The translations under genes and the position numbers were made by a program. Positions 42,379 through 53,521 of a stretch of 64,000 nucleotides of DNA are shown here, in pieces. Numbering within the stretch: the stretch's first letter is position 1; each line of letters starts with the position of its first letter. The notes under the pieces are model-generated. The model made no database searches, was not told the origin of the DNA, and saw only the letters and a list, made by a program, of their open reading frames with translations. This stretch comes from Alphaproteobacteria bacterium (GTDB lineage: Bacteria; Pseudomonadota; Alphaproteobacteria; GCA-2731375): contig CBDDPY010000002.1 of assembly GCA_965232515.1 (NCBI GenBank), forward strand, positions 4,576,001-4,640,000. Direction: 5' to 3'.

Positions 42379-43821
42379 ATGGCGCGGCAACGACGTGATC
42401 CGTATCTGTGGGAAGCTTTGTTGTCGCTGGTGTCGTTGGTAGCGGGGATCAGCATCGCCATCGTCGTCTACGGCACCGATCCGCACATCTCCATGCTGCT
42501 CGGCGTGTTCATCGCCGCCCTGATCGCCTTCAAGGCCGGTTACAGCTGGGAAGCGATCCAGGCCGGCATGCTGCAGGGCATCACCAACTCCCTGCAGGCC
42601 ATCGTCATCCTGCTGATCATCGGCATCCTGATCGGGGTCTGGATCCTGAGCGGCGTGGTGCCGGTGCTGCTCTACTACGGCCTGAAGATCCTCGATCCGA
42701 CGATCTTCCTGCCGGCGACGGTGGTGATCTGCGCCATCACCTCGATCGCCACCGGCACCTCCTGGGGCACGACCGGCACCATCGGCGTCGCCCTGATGGG
42801 CATCGGTTCCGGTCTCGGCTTTCCGCTGCCGATCGTCGCCGGCGCGGTGCTGTCGGGCGCCTATTTCGGCGACAAGATGTCGCCGCTCTCCGACACCACG
42901 AACCTGGCGCCGGCCATGGCCGGCACCGACATCTATACGCACATCCGCCACATGGCCTACACCAGCGGTGTCGCGATCGTGCTAACGCTGATCATCGAGA
43001 CGGTGCTGGGCCTGTTCCTTGGCGGAGGCGAGGAAAACCTCGAAAGCGTGCAGCAGATCCTGGCGGTGCTGGAGCAGGAGTTCAGTCTCAACCCGCTCTT
43101 GCTGATCCCGCCGGTGCTGGTGATCGGCTTCGCCTGGCGCAAGGCGCCGGCGATCCCCGGCATCACGCTGGGTGCGCTGTCGGCCGCGGTGCTGGGCCTG
43201 CTGTTGCAGGACAACAGCTACGAAGACCTGCTGAGCGCCGCCTATAGCGGCTACACCAGCACCACCGGCGTCGATGCCGTCGACAGCCTGCTGACCAAGG
43301 GCGGCTTCACGGCCATGCTCTACGCCATCTCCATCGTGATTTGCGCCATGATGTTCGGCGGCATCATGGAGCACACGAACCAGCTCAAGGTCATCGTCGA
43401 GGCCATCCTGCGCTTCGCCACGGGCAAGAGCTCGCTGATCACCTCGACGGTGCTCACATGCCTCGGCGCCAACCTGGTGCTCTGCGATCAATACATGGCG
43501 ATCGTCATGGGCGGGCGCATGTACGCCCAGGCCTATCCGGAGCGTGACCTGCATCCGAAGAACCTGTCGCGCGCGGTCGAGGACAGCGCCACCGTCACCG
43601 CCTGCCTGGTGCCGTGGAATTCGGGCGGCGCCTATCAGGCGGCGACGCTCGGCGTGGCGACGCTCGCCTATCTGCCGTTCGCCTTCTTCAACTGGTTGTC
43701 GCCACTCGTGACCCTGATCTTCGGCTGGTTCGGCTGGACCATCCATCCGCTCGACGAGGAGACGCGGCAGCGCCTGGCCGCGCGAGCCGCCGAACCCGTG
43801 CCGGGATCGGATCCCGCCTAG
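42379..43821 (+). CDS. nhaC: NhaC-family secondary transporter
   Basis: TGTSWGTTGTIG, SGAYFGDKMSPLSDTTNLA, LSRAVEDSAT, LVPWN. Confidence 0.9.
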   Translation: MARQRRDPYLWEALLSLVSLVAGISIAIVVYGTDPHISMLLGVFIAALIAFKAGYSWEAIQAGMLQGITNSLQAIVILLIIGILIGVWILSGVVPVLLYYGLKILDPTIFLPATVVICAITSIATGTSWGTTGTIGVALMGIGSGLGFPLPIVAGAVLSGAYFGDKMSPLSDTTNLAPAMAGTDIYTHIRHMAYTSGVAIVLTLIIETVLGLFLGGGEENLESVQQILAVLEQEFSLNPLLLIPPVLVIGFAWRKAPAIPGITLGALSAAVLGLLLQDNSYEDLLSAAYSGYTSTTGVDAVDSLLTKGGFTAMLYAISIVICAMMFGGIMEHTNQLKVIVEAILRFATGKSSLITSTVLTCLGANLVLCDQYMAIVMGGRMYAQAYPERDLHPKNLSRAVEDSATVTACLVPWNSGGAYQAATLGVATLAYLPFAFFNWLSPLVTLIFGWFGWTIHPLDEETRQRLAARAAEPVPGSDPA

Positions 43822-43840
43822 CGTTCGGGAGGGCTGCCCC

Positions 43841-44716
43841 ATGCGCCTGATCGCGCGACGCATATTCATCGGCGGACTGTTGGCGCTGCCGGTGGCGGCG
43901 CGTGCTGCCGATGCCGAGCTCGCCAAGGACTCGACATTGGAAGGCATCCTCAGCCGCGGCCAGCTCCGGGTCGGCTTCGAGGCTGGCTACATGCCGTTCC
44001 AGATGATCGACAAGCGCGCCGGCCTGCGCCAGCGCGACCTGCGGCCGGCCGACGTCCGCCGCGGCGGCCAGCAGGCAAGCTTCATCGGCTTCGACATCGA
44101 TATCGCCCGCGCGATGGCGAACGAACTCGGCGTCAAGTTCGTGCCCGTGCATACCCGCTGGACCAGTATCATTCCGGCGCTCAGGCTCGGCCGCTTCGAC
44201 ATCATCATCAGCGGCATGTCGGTGACGGAAGAACGCCAACGCCTGGTCGATTTCGCCGATCCCTACATGACCATCGGCCAGACCGTGCTGCTGAGCGCCA
44301 AGCATGCCGACAGCGTCAGCAGCCACTCCGACCTCAACGATCCTGCCTTCACTGTCACTTCCAAGCCCGGCACCACCGGCGAGGCGGCCGTCAAGCAGTT
44401 CCTGCCGAACGCCGTCTACGCGCCGCGCGACACCGAGCTGGAAGCCGCGCGCGCCGTCGCCGACGGCGAGGCCGACGCCTTCGTCTACGACCTGCCCTAC
44501 AACGCCGTCTTCACCGCCATGCACGGCGGCGACGCGGTCGTGTTCCTGGACGAGCCGTTCACCTCAGAGCCGCTGGCCTGGGCGATCCGCAAGAACGACC
44601 CCGACTTCCTGAAGTGGCTCAACACCTTCCTGGCTGAGATCAAGGCCGACGGCCGCTACGACAGGATCTATATGAAATGGTTCAGGGAGCGAGACTGGTT
44701 CCAGCGTGTGCGCTGA
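43841..44716 (+). CDS. Polar amino-acid-type solute-binding protein (SBP family 3), no ABC partners nearby
   Basis: LRVG...YMPF, GFDIDIA, FDIIISGMSVTEERQ..VDFADPY, GTTG, W..RK.D; RRIF N-terminus. Confidence 0.9.
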   Translation: MRLIARRIFIGGLLALPVAARAADAELAKDSTLEGILSRGQLRVGFEAGYMPFQMIDKRAGLRQRDLRPADVRRGGQQASFIGFDIDIARAMANELGVKFVPVHTRWTSIIPALRLGRFDIIISGMSVTEERQRLVDFADPYMTIGQTVLLSAKHADSVSSHSDLNDPAFTVTSKPGTTGEAAVKQFLPNAVYAPRDTELEAARAVADGEADAFVYDLPYNAVFTAMHGGDAVVFLDEPFTSEPLAWAIRKNDPDFLKWLNTFLAEIKADGRYDRIYMKWFRERDWFQRVR

Positions 44717-44720
44717 CGCG

Positions 44721-45851
44721 TCAATCCAGCATCCGCGAAATCACGATGCGCTGCACCTCCGACGTGCCCTCGTAGATCTGGTAGACGCGGACGTCGCGGT
44801 AGATCTTCTCGACCGGGAAGTCTTCGAGATAGCCGTAGCCGCCGTGGATCTGGATCGCGGCCGAGGCCACACGCTCGGCCATCTCGGACGCATAGAGCTT
44901 TGCCATCGAGGCCTCGCGGGCGCACGGCAGGCCCCGGTCCTTCAGCGCCGCCGCGTGCAGATAGAGCCGGCGCGCGGCCTCGACCTCCGTCGCCATCTCG
45001 GCCAGCCGGAAGGCGATCGCCTGGTGTTCGATGATCTTCTGACCGAACGTCTCGCGTTCCTGGGCATAGGCGAGCGCAGCCTCCAGCGCCGCCCGCGCGC
45101 CGCCGGTCGCCTGCGCCGCGACGCCGATGCGGCCCGCCGACAGGTTGGCGAGCGCGATGCCGAGGCCGCGTCCGGGCTCGCCCAGCACGTCGCTGGTCGG
45201 CACCCGCATGTCGTCGAAGGCGATCTGGCAGGTGTCGTTCGTGCGGTGGCCGAGCTTGCGCTCCTTGGCGATCACCCGATAGCCCGGATTGTCGGTCGGC
45301 GTGATGAAGCAGGTGATGCCGCGCTTGCCGGCGTCGGGATCGGTGACGGCGACGATCATCGCGAGATCCGCCGTGCCGCCACCGGTGATGAAGGCCTTGT
45401 GGCCGCTCAGCACATAGTCGTCGCCGTCGCGCACCGCCCGCGTGCGGATCGCCGCCGCGTCCGAGCCCGTGTGCGGCTCGGTCAGGTGGATGCAGCCGAT
45501 CCATTCGCCCGACGTCAGTTTCGTCAGGTAGTCCCGCTTCTGCCGTTCGGTGCCGTGGTCCTGCAGTGCGACGGCGACGGGCGAGTTGTTCGCCGCCATC
45601 ATGTTCGACAGCCCGCCGTCGGCTGCCGAAATCTCCTCGATCGCCAGCACATAGGCGGTGAAGTCGGCCCCCGCGCCGCCATAGTCCGGATCGATGGTCA
45701 CGCCCATCAGCCCGGCCTCGGCCATCTTCTCCAGCACCGCCCGCGGCGCGCCCTCCGCCCGGTCCCAGTCGGCGGCAAAGGGCGCGATCTCGCGTTCGGC
45801 GAACGCCCGCGCCGTCGCCTGGATCAGACGCTGCTCTTCGGTGAGCGGCAT
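44721..45851 (-). CDS. Acyl-CoA dehydrogenase
   Basis: LTEPHTGSD, KAFIT, GRIGVAAQ, QIHGGYGY, QIYEGTSEVQ. Confidence 0.93.
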   Translation of the reverse strand: MPLTEEQRLIQATARAFAEREIAPFAADWDRAEGAPRAVLEKMAEAGLMGVTIDPDYGGAGADFTAYVLAIEEISAADGGLSNMMAANNSPVAVALQDHGTERQKRDYLTKLTSGEWIGCIHLTEPHTGSDAAAIRTRAVRDGDDYVLSGHKAFITGGGTADLAMIVAVTDPDAGKRGITCFITPTDNPGYRVIAKERKLGHRTNDTCQIAFDDMRVPTSDVLGEPGRGLGIALANLSAGRIGVAAQATGGARAALEAALAYAQERETFGQKIIEHQAIAFRLAEMATEVEAARRLYLHAAALKDRGLPCAREASMAKLYASEMAERVASAAIQIHGGYGYLEDFPVEKIYRDVRVYQIYEGTSEVQRIVISRMLD

Positions 45852-45876
45852 TGGCGGATGCCGCGCACGGTCTCCG

Positions 45877-47817
<1,941 letters not shown>

Positions 47818-47986
47818 GACCTTCAGAACCTCCCCAGTTCGGTCTCGTCGCGGCGGCTGCGTTGACCGCCCAGGTTTGCCGCGAATTATCCGACCAAACA
47901 GGCCGCGTCACAAGGCGGGCGACATGGTGACGCAGATTTGACGCGCCGAGGGGCGGAAAGGCGCGTGGCGTCGCAGCAAATCCGAA

Positions 47987-48026
47987 CCTTACGAATTTGT
48001 AAGGCGGCGGAAAGGGCGCCGTAAGC
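47987..48026. promoter_or_regulatory. Putative OmpR-family binding array between acs and degP
   Basis: GTAAGG (47999), GAAAGG (48010), GTAAGC (48021) at 11-bp period; first unit is also half of a CCTTAC-N6-GTAAGG palindrome. Confidence 0.45.
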
Positions 48027-48097
48027 TCGGCCCCCCATCTGGCTTCCAGAATTGCACGGCGTGCGTCCGGCGCGCGCCGCGAGACAGGAGAGCTGCG

Positions 48098-49660
48098 ATG
48101 CCAGATGCAAACCACTTCGTTCGACGGCGCAAGACCGGTGCGGTTCTGGCGGCCGTCGCCGTGGCCGCGATCGCCGGCACGGCGCTGGCCGCGGTCAACA
48201 CCGGCGGGCTGAAGGGCAACACGGCGCTCACGCCGGTCGCCGCCATCGAGACCGTGGCGCCGCCCGCCGGCGCGCCGGTCAGCTTCGCCGATGTGATCGA
48301 GCGGGTCAGCCCCGCCGTCGTCAACATTCAGGTGGCTCGCCAGGTCGACGACCGTTCAACGAACAGTCCGCGCTTCCGCGGCGACCGTCCCAACACGCCG
48401 CCCTTCGACGATTTCTTCCGGCGGTTCTTCGACGACGAGGAGTTCCAACGACGCTTCGGCGGTCGCGGACCAGACCGCGAGCGCGCGCCGCGCCGCGCCG
48501 CCGGACTCGGCTCCGGCTTCATCATCTCGGCCGACGGTTATGTCGTATCCAATGACCATGTCGTCGGCGAAGCCGACGAAATCACGGTGATCCTGGGCGA
48601 TGGCCGCAAGTACGAGGCCGCGCTGGTCGGTCGCGATCCGAAGACCGATCTCGCGCTGCTGAAGATCGAGGACGGCGAGGATCTGCCTTTCGTGCGCTTC
48701 GCCGAAACCGACAGTGCCCGCGTCGGCGACTGGGTGGTGGCCGTCGGCAATCCGTTCGGCCTCGGCCAGACGGTCACGGCCGGCATCGTCTCGGCCCGCG
48801 GCCGCACCATCGGCGCCGGTCCCTATGACGATTTCCTGCAGATCGACGCCGCCATCAACCGCGGCAACTCGGGCGGTCCGGCCTTCAACCTCAAGGGCGA
48901 AGTGATCGGCGTCAACACCGCCATCCTGTCGCCCAGCGGCGGCAGTGTCGGCATCGGCTTCGCCATTCCGGCCGGATTGGCGCAGGACGTCATCGCCGAT
49001 CTGCGCGACGACGGCCGCATCGAGCGCGGCTGGCTCGGCGTCAGCATCCAGGGCGTCACCGACGACATCGCCGAAAGCCTGGATCTGGACAAGGCCCGCG
49101 GCGCCATCGTCTCCGATGTCACGCCCGACAGCCCGGCCGCCGCCGCCGGGATCCAGGCCGGCGACGTCATCGTCGCGGTGAACGGCGAGGCGGTCGAAAG
49201 CGTGCGCACGTTGCCGCGGCTGATTGCAGAGATCGATCCCGGCGAGACGGCTGAGCTCGGGATCTGGCGCCGCGGCAGCGAGATCGCCGTCGATGTCGAG
49301 ATCGGCGAGTTGGACGAGACGCCGGAAGTCGCGTCGCTTCAGAACGACGATGCCACGGCTGAGGATGCGCTGGGTCTGCAACTCGCCCGACTCGATCCGT
49401 CGGCGCGCCGCGCCTTCGATATCGGTCCCGACGTCGACGGCGTGGTCATCGCCGATGTCGCGCCCGACAGCCAGGCCGCCGAGAAGGGCCTGCGCCCCGG
49501 CGACGTCATCGTCGCCGTCGATACATCCGATGTGTCGACGCCCGCCGACGTCGTCGCCGGCATCAAAGCCGTCAAAGACAAGGGCCAGAACGCGGTCCTC
49601 TTGCGGGTCAGCCGCGACGCGCGGGAGCGTTTCGTCGCCCTGCGACTGCGCGCCGCCTGA
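48098..49660 (+). CDS. degP: DegP/DegQ (HtrA) periplasmic serine protease with two PDZ domains
   Basis: GSGFII, NDHVV, DLALLK, INRGNSGGP, RGWLGV. Confidence 0.93.
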   Translation: MPDANHFVRRRKTGAVLAAVAVAAIAGTALAAVNTGGLKGNTALTPVAAIETVAPPAGAPVSFADVIERVSPAVVNIQVARQVDDRSTNSPRFRGDRPNTPPFDDFFRRFFDDEEFQRRFGGRGPDRERAPRRAAGLGSGFIISADGYVVSNDHVVGEADEITVILGDGRKYEAALVGRDPKTDLALLKIEDGEDLPFVRFAETDSARVGDWVVAVGNPFGLGQTVTAGIVSARGRTIGAGPYDDFLQIDAAINRGNSGGPAFNLKGEVIGVNTAILSPSGGSVGIGFAIPAGLAQDVIADLRDDGRIERGWLGVSIQGVTDDIAESLDLDKARGAIVSDVTPDSPAAAAGIQAGDVIVAVNGEAVESVRTLPRLIAEIDPGETAELGIWRRGSEIAVDVEIGELDETPEVASLQNDDATAEDALGLQLARLDPSARRAFDIGPDVDGVVIADVAPDSQAAEKGLRPGDVIVAVDTSDVSTPADVVAGIKAVKDKGQNAVLLRVSRDARERFVALRLRAA

Positions 49661-49756
49661 CCCGATTCCGGCCGCCGGTCCGTCGCCAACCCCGACCTCG
49701 CCCTCCCCCGCGAAGGACGGGATGCGCCGGACCGGCGTGCCGGGAAAAGTTTTCCG

Positions 49757-49808
49757 ACCCCCCTCCCGAACCCTTGACCGTATGCGTTCAAGGGTTCGGG
49801 AGGGGGGT
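49757..49808. repeat. Perfect 21-bp inverted repeat
   Basis: ACCCCCCTCCCGAACCCTTGA-N10-TCAAGGGTTCGGGAGGGGGGT. Confidence 0.85.
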
Positions 49809-49864
49809 GTTAGCAACGCCTCGCCACCGCATTCCGGTATAAACTCTCCCTGGAGCAAGCCGAT

Positions 49865-50542
49865 ATGCGCGTCCTGGTCATCGAAGACGATTCCGAAGCC
49901 GCCCGCTACATGGTCAAGGGCCTGGCCGAGTCCGGCCATCTCGCCGACCACGCGGCCGACGGCGTCGAGGGGCTGGCCATGGCCGAGAGCGGCCAGTACG
50001 ACGTGCTGGTGGTCGACCGCATGCTGCCGCGTCTCGACGGCCTCTCGGTGGTGGCCCGGTTCCGGGCCGACGGCGGCGACACGCCGGTGCTGTTCCTGAG
50101 CGCCCTCGGCCAAGTCGACGACCGGGTCAAGGGCCTGAAAGCCGGCGGTGACGACTATCTCGTCAAGCCCTATGCCTTCTCCGAGCTGCTGGCCCGCATC
50201 GAGGCGCTGGCCCGACGTCGCAACCCGGCCCAGGCCGAGACCAGCTTTCGCGTCGGCGACCTGGAGCTGGACCTGCTGGCCCGGCAGGTTACCCGCGCCG
50301 GCCAACGTATCGAGCTGCAGCCGCGCGAGTTCCAGCTGCTCGAATACCTGATCAAGCATGCCGGCCAGGTCGTCACCCGCACCATGCTGCTGGAAAACGT
50401 CTGGGACTATCACTTCGATCCGCAAACCAGCGTCATCGACGTCCATATCAGCAGGCTCAGGGCGAAGATCGACAAGGGCTTCGACAAGCCCCTGCTGCAC
50501 ACCGTCCGCGGCGCCGGCTACTGCCTGCGCGAGGCGGATTGA
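49865..50542 (+). CDS. OmpR-family response regulator
   Basis: IEDD, DRMLP, GGDDYLVKP, VWDYHFDPQTSVIDVHISRLR, TVRGAGY. Confidence 0.95.
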   Translation: MRVLVIEDDSEAARYMVKGLAESGHLADHAADGVEGLAMAESGQYDVLVVDRMLPRLDGLSVVARFRADGGDTPVLFLSALGQVDDRVKGLKAGGDDYLVKPYAFSELLARIEALARRRNPAQAETSFRVGDLELDLLARQVTRAGQRIELQPREFQLLEYLIKHAGQVVTRTMLLENVWDYHFDPQTSVIDVHISRLRAKIDKGFDKPLLHTVRGAGYCLREAD

Positions 50543-50573
50543 GCGGGGATGACGACACCAAATGCTGCCATAC

Positions 50574-50652
50574 CGTCATTGCCGGGCGCGACCCGGCAAT
50601 CCGACGGCCGTGCAGTTTTCCCTGGATGCCCGGATCAAGTCCGGGCATGACG
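50574..50652. repeat. CGTC-type REP dimer (inverted pair)
   Basis: CGTCATTGCCGGGCGCGACCCGGCAATCC ... TGGATGCCCGGATCAAGTCCGGGCATGACG. Confidence 0.8.
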
Positions 50653-50686
50653 ATTGGTCGACACTAAACGACATAAAGCCGCCAAG

Positions 50687-52069
50687 GTGCAGCCCGGCAA
50701 GCTGCTGCGCACCTCCACCTTCCGGCTGGCGTTGCTGTATCTGGCGCTGTTCTGCCTGTCGGTGCTGGCGCTGCTCGGCTTCATCTATTGGAACACGATC
50801 GGCTTCGTCGCCGATCAGACCGACGCCACCGTCAACGCCGAGATCACCGGCCTCGCCGAGCAGTACCGCCGCACCGGCATCGCGGGCCTGCGCGCCGTCG
50901 TCGACGAGCGCAGCCGAAACCAGCGCTACAGCCTTTATTTGCTCACCAGTCCTGGCCCCGCGCGCGTTCCGGTCGCCGGCAATCTCGATGCCTGGCCGCC
51001 GGTCGAGACCGGGCCCGGCGGCTGGCTCGACTTCGTCTACGACCGGCCCATGGGCCCCGACATCGAGACGCATCAGGCCCGCGCCCGGCACTTGTCTCTT
51101 GCCGGCGGCTTCAACCTACTGGTCGGCCGCGACGTCGAGGAGCGTCGCCGGCTCGAATTGCTGATCCAGGAATCCCTGCTCTGGGCCATGGCGCTGACGC
51201 TCGGCCTGGGCCTGATCGGCGGCGTGGTGATCAGCCGCAACATGCTGCGCCGTATCGACGGTATCGCGCGGGCGAGCCAGGAGATCATGGCCGGCGATTT
51301 CAGCCGCCGCGTGCCGGTCGGCGGCAGCGGCGACGAGATCGACCGCCTGGCCGCCAATCTCAATACCATGCTGGACGAGATCGAGCGTCTGATGACCGGC
51401 CTGCGCGAGGTTACCGACAACATCGCGCACGACCTGCGCAGCCCGCTCAACCGCCTGCGCAACCGGCTCGAGGTGACGCTGATGCAAGAGCCCTCGGCGC
51501 CCGCCTATCGCGACGCCATCGGCGAAGCGGTCGCCGACGCCGAGGGCCTGCTGAACACCTTCAACGCCCTGCTCGGTATTGCCCGGGCCGACGCTGGCGC
51601 GCCGGGTGAGAACCTGGAACCGCTTGACCCCGGTGCGCTGGTCCGCGACGTCGCCGAGCTCTACGCCCCGGCTGCCGAGGACAAGGGCCTGACGCTCGAC
51701 CACCGCATCGACGATGGCCTCGGCCTCAACGGTGACCGCCACCTGCTGTCGCAGGCGCTCGCCAACCTCGTCGACAATGCCGTCAAGTACACACCCGCCG
51801 GCGGCCGCATCCTCGTCGCCACCCGGCGCGACGGGGCTGCTGTCGAGCTCAGTGTCGCCGACAGCGGCCCCGGCGTTCCGCCGGCCGACCGAACCCGCGT
51901 CCTTGACCGTTTCGTCCGCCTCGACGCCAGCCGCCACAGCCCCGGCAGCGGCCTCGGCCTCAGCCTGGTCCGCGCCGTCGCCCGCCGCCACGGCGCCGAA
52001 CTGCGCCTGGAAGACAACGCCCCCGGTCTGCGCGCCGTGCTGCGTTTTCCGGCGATGGCCGAGCGCTGA
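50687..52069 (+). CDS. HAMP sensor histidine kinase
   Basis: Two TM, HAMP, IAHDLRSPL, NLVDNAVKY, DSGPG, GSGLGL; GTG start assumed. Confidence 0.93.
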   Translation: MQPGKLLRTSTFRLALLYLALFCLSVLALLGFIYWNTIGFVADQTDATVNAEITGLAEQYRRTGIAGLRAVVDERSRNQRYSLYLLTSPGPARVPVAGNLDAWPPVETGPGGWLDFVYDRPMGPDIETHQARARHLSLAGGFNLLVGRDVEERRRLELLIQESLLWAMALTLGLGLIGGVVISRNMLRRIDGIARASQEIMAGDFSRRVPVGGSGDEIDRLAANLNTMLDEIERLMTGLREVTDNIAHDLRSPLNRLRNRLEVTLMQEPSAPAYRDAIGEAVADAEGLLNTFNALLGIARADAGAPGENLEPLDPGALVRDVAELYAPAAEDKGLTLDHRIDDGLGLNGDRHLLSQALANLVDNAVKYTPAGGRILVATRRDGAAVELSVADSGPGVPPADRTRVLDRFVRLDASRHSPGSGLGLSLVRAVARRHGAELRLEDNAPGLRAVLRFPAMAER

Positions 52070-52114
52070 CCCACGCATCCTCCGAGACGCGGGCTGCGCC
52101 CGCTCCTCAGGATG

Positions 52115-53289
52115 GAGACCTTTGCACGGTTTTGGGAAGCGTGATTCACTGACGGTATAGGGGCTGTCGGTGAGGGTTTGAGATGTCTCGCAAGCGTGTT
52201 GGTCAGCTGGGGTTTGAGGACGCGGTTGTCGAGGCGCGGCTTGGCGCTCGGTTCGATCGGCTGTCGAAGATCAATGATCTTGTGGACTGGCGGCCGTTTG
52301 AGGCGCTGCTGGAGGGGCTTTATCCGTCGCGTCGGGGCGAGCCGTCTTATCCGGCGCTGATCATGTTCAAGGTGCTGCTGTTGCAGCGCTGGTACAATCT
52401 GTCGGATCCGATGATGGAGGAGGCGTTGGCGGACCGGATCTCGTTCCGTCGGTTTGTCGGTCTGAGCCTGAGCGATCCGGTTCCCGATCACTCGACGATC
52501 CACCGTTTCCGGGACCGTCTACGCGGGGCGGCGCGTCTTGAGGCGCTGATGGGGGAGTTGTCGCGTCAGCTCGAAGCGCACCAGGTCGTGCTCAAACAAG
52601 GCACGTTGATTGATGCCAGCCTGGTGAGCAGCGCGGCGCGGCGGCCTCGGATCAAGGAAGGCCGGACCAGCCGGACCGATCCGGATGCGCGCTTTGGCAC
52701 CAACAACGAGCGCCGGCGCTATAGCTTTGGCTACAAGCTGCATGTGGCCGTGGATCAGGGCTCGGCGCTGATCCGCGGCCTGTTTCTGACGCCGGCCAAT
52801 CGCCAGGAGATCGACTTTGCCGCCGATTTGGTTCAGGGCGACGAGCAGGCCGTCTATGCCGACCGTGGTTATGACGCCCGGCGCCTGCGCGATCATCTGG
52901 CGGCGCTCGGCATCGCCGACGGGGTCATGCGCCATGCCCGTAAAGGCAGGCCGCTCAACGCCGAAGAGACCGCCCGGAACCACCGGCTGGTGGCCCGGCG
53001 CCGACCGGTCGAGAAGATCTTCGGCACCCTCAAACGAAGCTACCGCCTCAGCCGCCTGCCGCATTTCAGCCAAGCACGCAACGAAGTCACCGTCACGCTC
53101 GCCTGTTTCGCCTACAACCTGCGACGCCTCGCCGTCCTCTGCGCAACTTGAGGCCGCTCGATATCGACCTCATCGACAGCAAACAGGCCTCAAGCCGGTC
53201 AGCGGCTCGAAAACAGGCGCGATCGCCGCTAACAACCCAGCGCCAAGCTCGAACATAGCGACAAACAACACCTACCGTGCAAAGGTCTC
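52115..53289 (+). mobile_element. IS5-family insertion sequence (IS1106-like ends), 1175 bp
   Basis: Perfect 16-bp TIR GAGACCTTTGCACGGT / ACCGTGCAAAGGTCTC; flanking direct repeat CAGGATG at 52108-52114 and 53290-53296. Confidence 0.93.
52183..53151 (+). CDS. IS5-family DDE transposase, uninterrupted
   Basis: LQRWYNLSD, PDHSTI.RFR, LIDAS, ADRGYD, RRPVEKIFGTLK. Confidence 0.94.
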   Translation: MSRKRVGQLGFEDAVVEARLGARFDRLSKINDLVDWRPFEALLEGLYPSRRGEPSYPALIMFKVLLLQRWYNLSDPMMEEALADRISFRRFVGLSLSDPVPDHSTIHRFRDRLRGAARLEALMGELSRQLEAHQVVLKQGTLIDASLVSSAARRPRIKEGRTSRTDPDARFGTNNERRRYSFGYKLHVAVDQGSALIRGLFLTPANRQEIDFAADLVQGDEQAVYADRGYDARRLRDHLAALGIADGVMRHARKGRPLNAEETARNHRLVARRRPVEKIFGTLKRSYRLSRLPHFSQARNEVTVTLACFAYNLRRLAVLCAT

Positions 53290-53339
53290 CAGGATGAGGT
53301 TGAGCATTTGGCTAAACCGCTCTTTCGTCATCTACCTGT

Positions 53340-53379
53340 CCTCGTCCTGAGGAGCCGCCGCAGGCGGCGTCTCGAAGGA
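53340..53379 (+). repeat. REP copy (CCTGAGGAG...GTCTCGAAGGA family)
   Basis: CCTCGTCCTGAGGAGCCGCCGCAGGCGGCGTCTCGAAGGA; inverted partner of the IS-interrupted copy. Confidence 0.8.
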
Positions 53380-53521
53380 CGACGTGCCGAACGGTACCGG
53401 CATGCCATTCTTGATCATTGATCGGCGATGAGTTGTAGAGCGACACCTCATCGCCTCCCGGCTGGACACTTGCGCGGGAATAGGCCAGTAACAGGGTCGG
53501 GACGCGTCAGGAGGAAAGCCC

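Larger units (their letters stand above)
52078..53299 (-). repeat. REP copy interrupted by the IS5-family element
   Basis: Removing the IS and one TSD copy restores CCTCATCCTGAGGAGCGGGCGCAGCCCGCGTCTCGGAGGA (minus strand), matching the intact copy at 53340. Confidence 0.8.

Noticed and set aside
49690-49722. Degenerate CCCTCCCCCGC-type REP after degP, and a 12-nt match to the 49757 arm at 57870
   Set aside because: Too short and low-complexity to support as separate elements.
50660-50687. Possible third degenerate arm of the long hairpin family (ACACTAAACGACATAAAGCCGCCAAGG)
   Set aside because: Weak similarity, with no partner arm and no leader.
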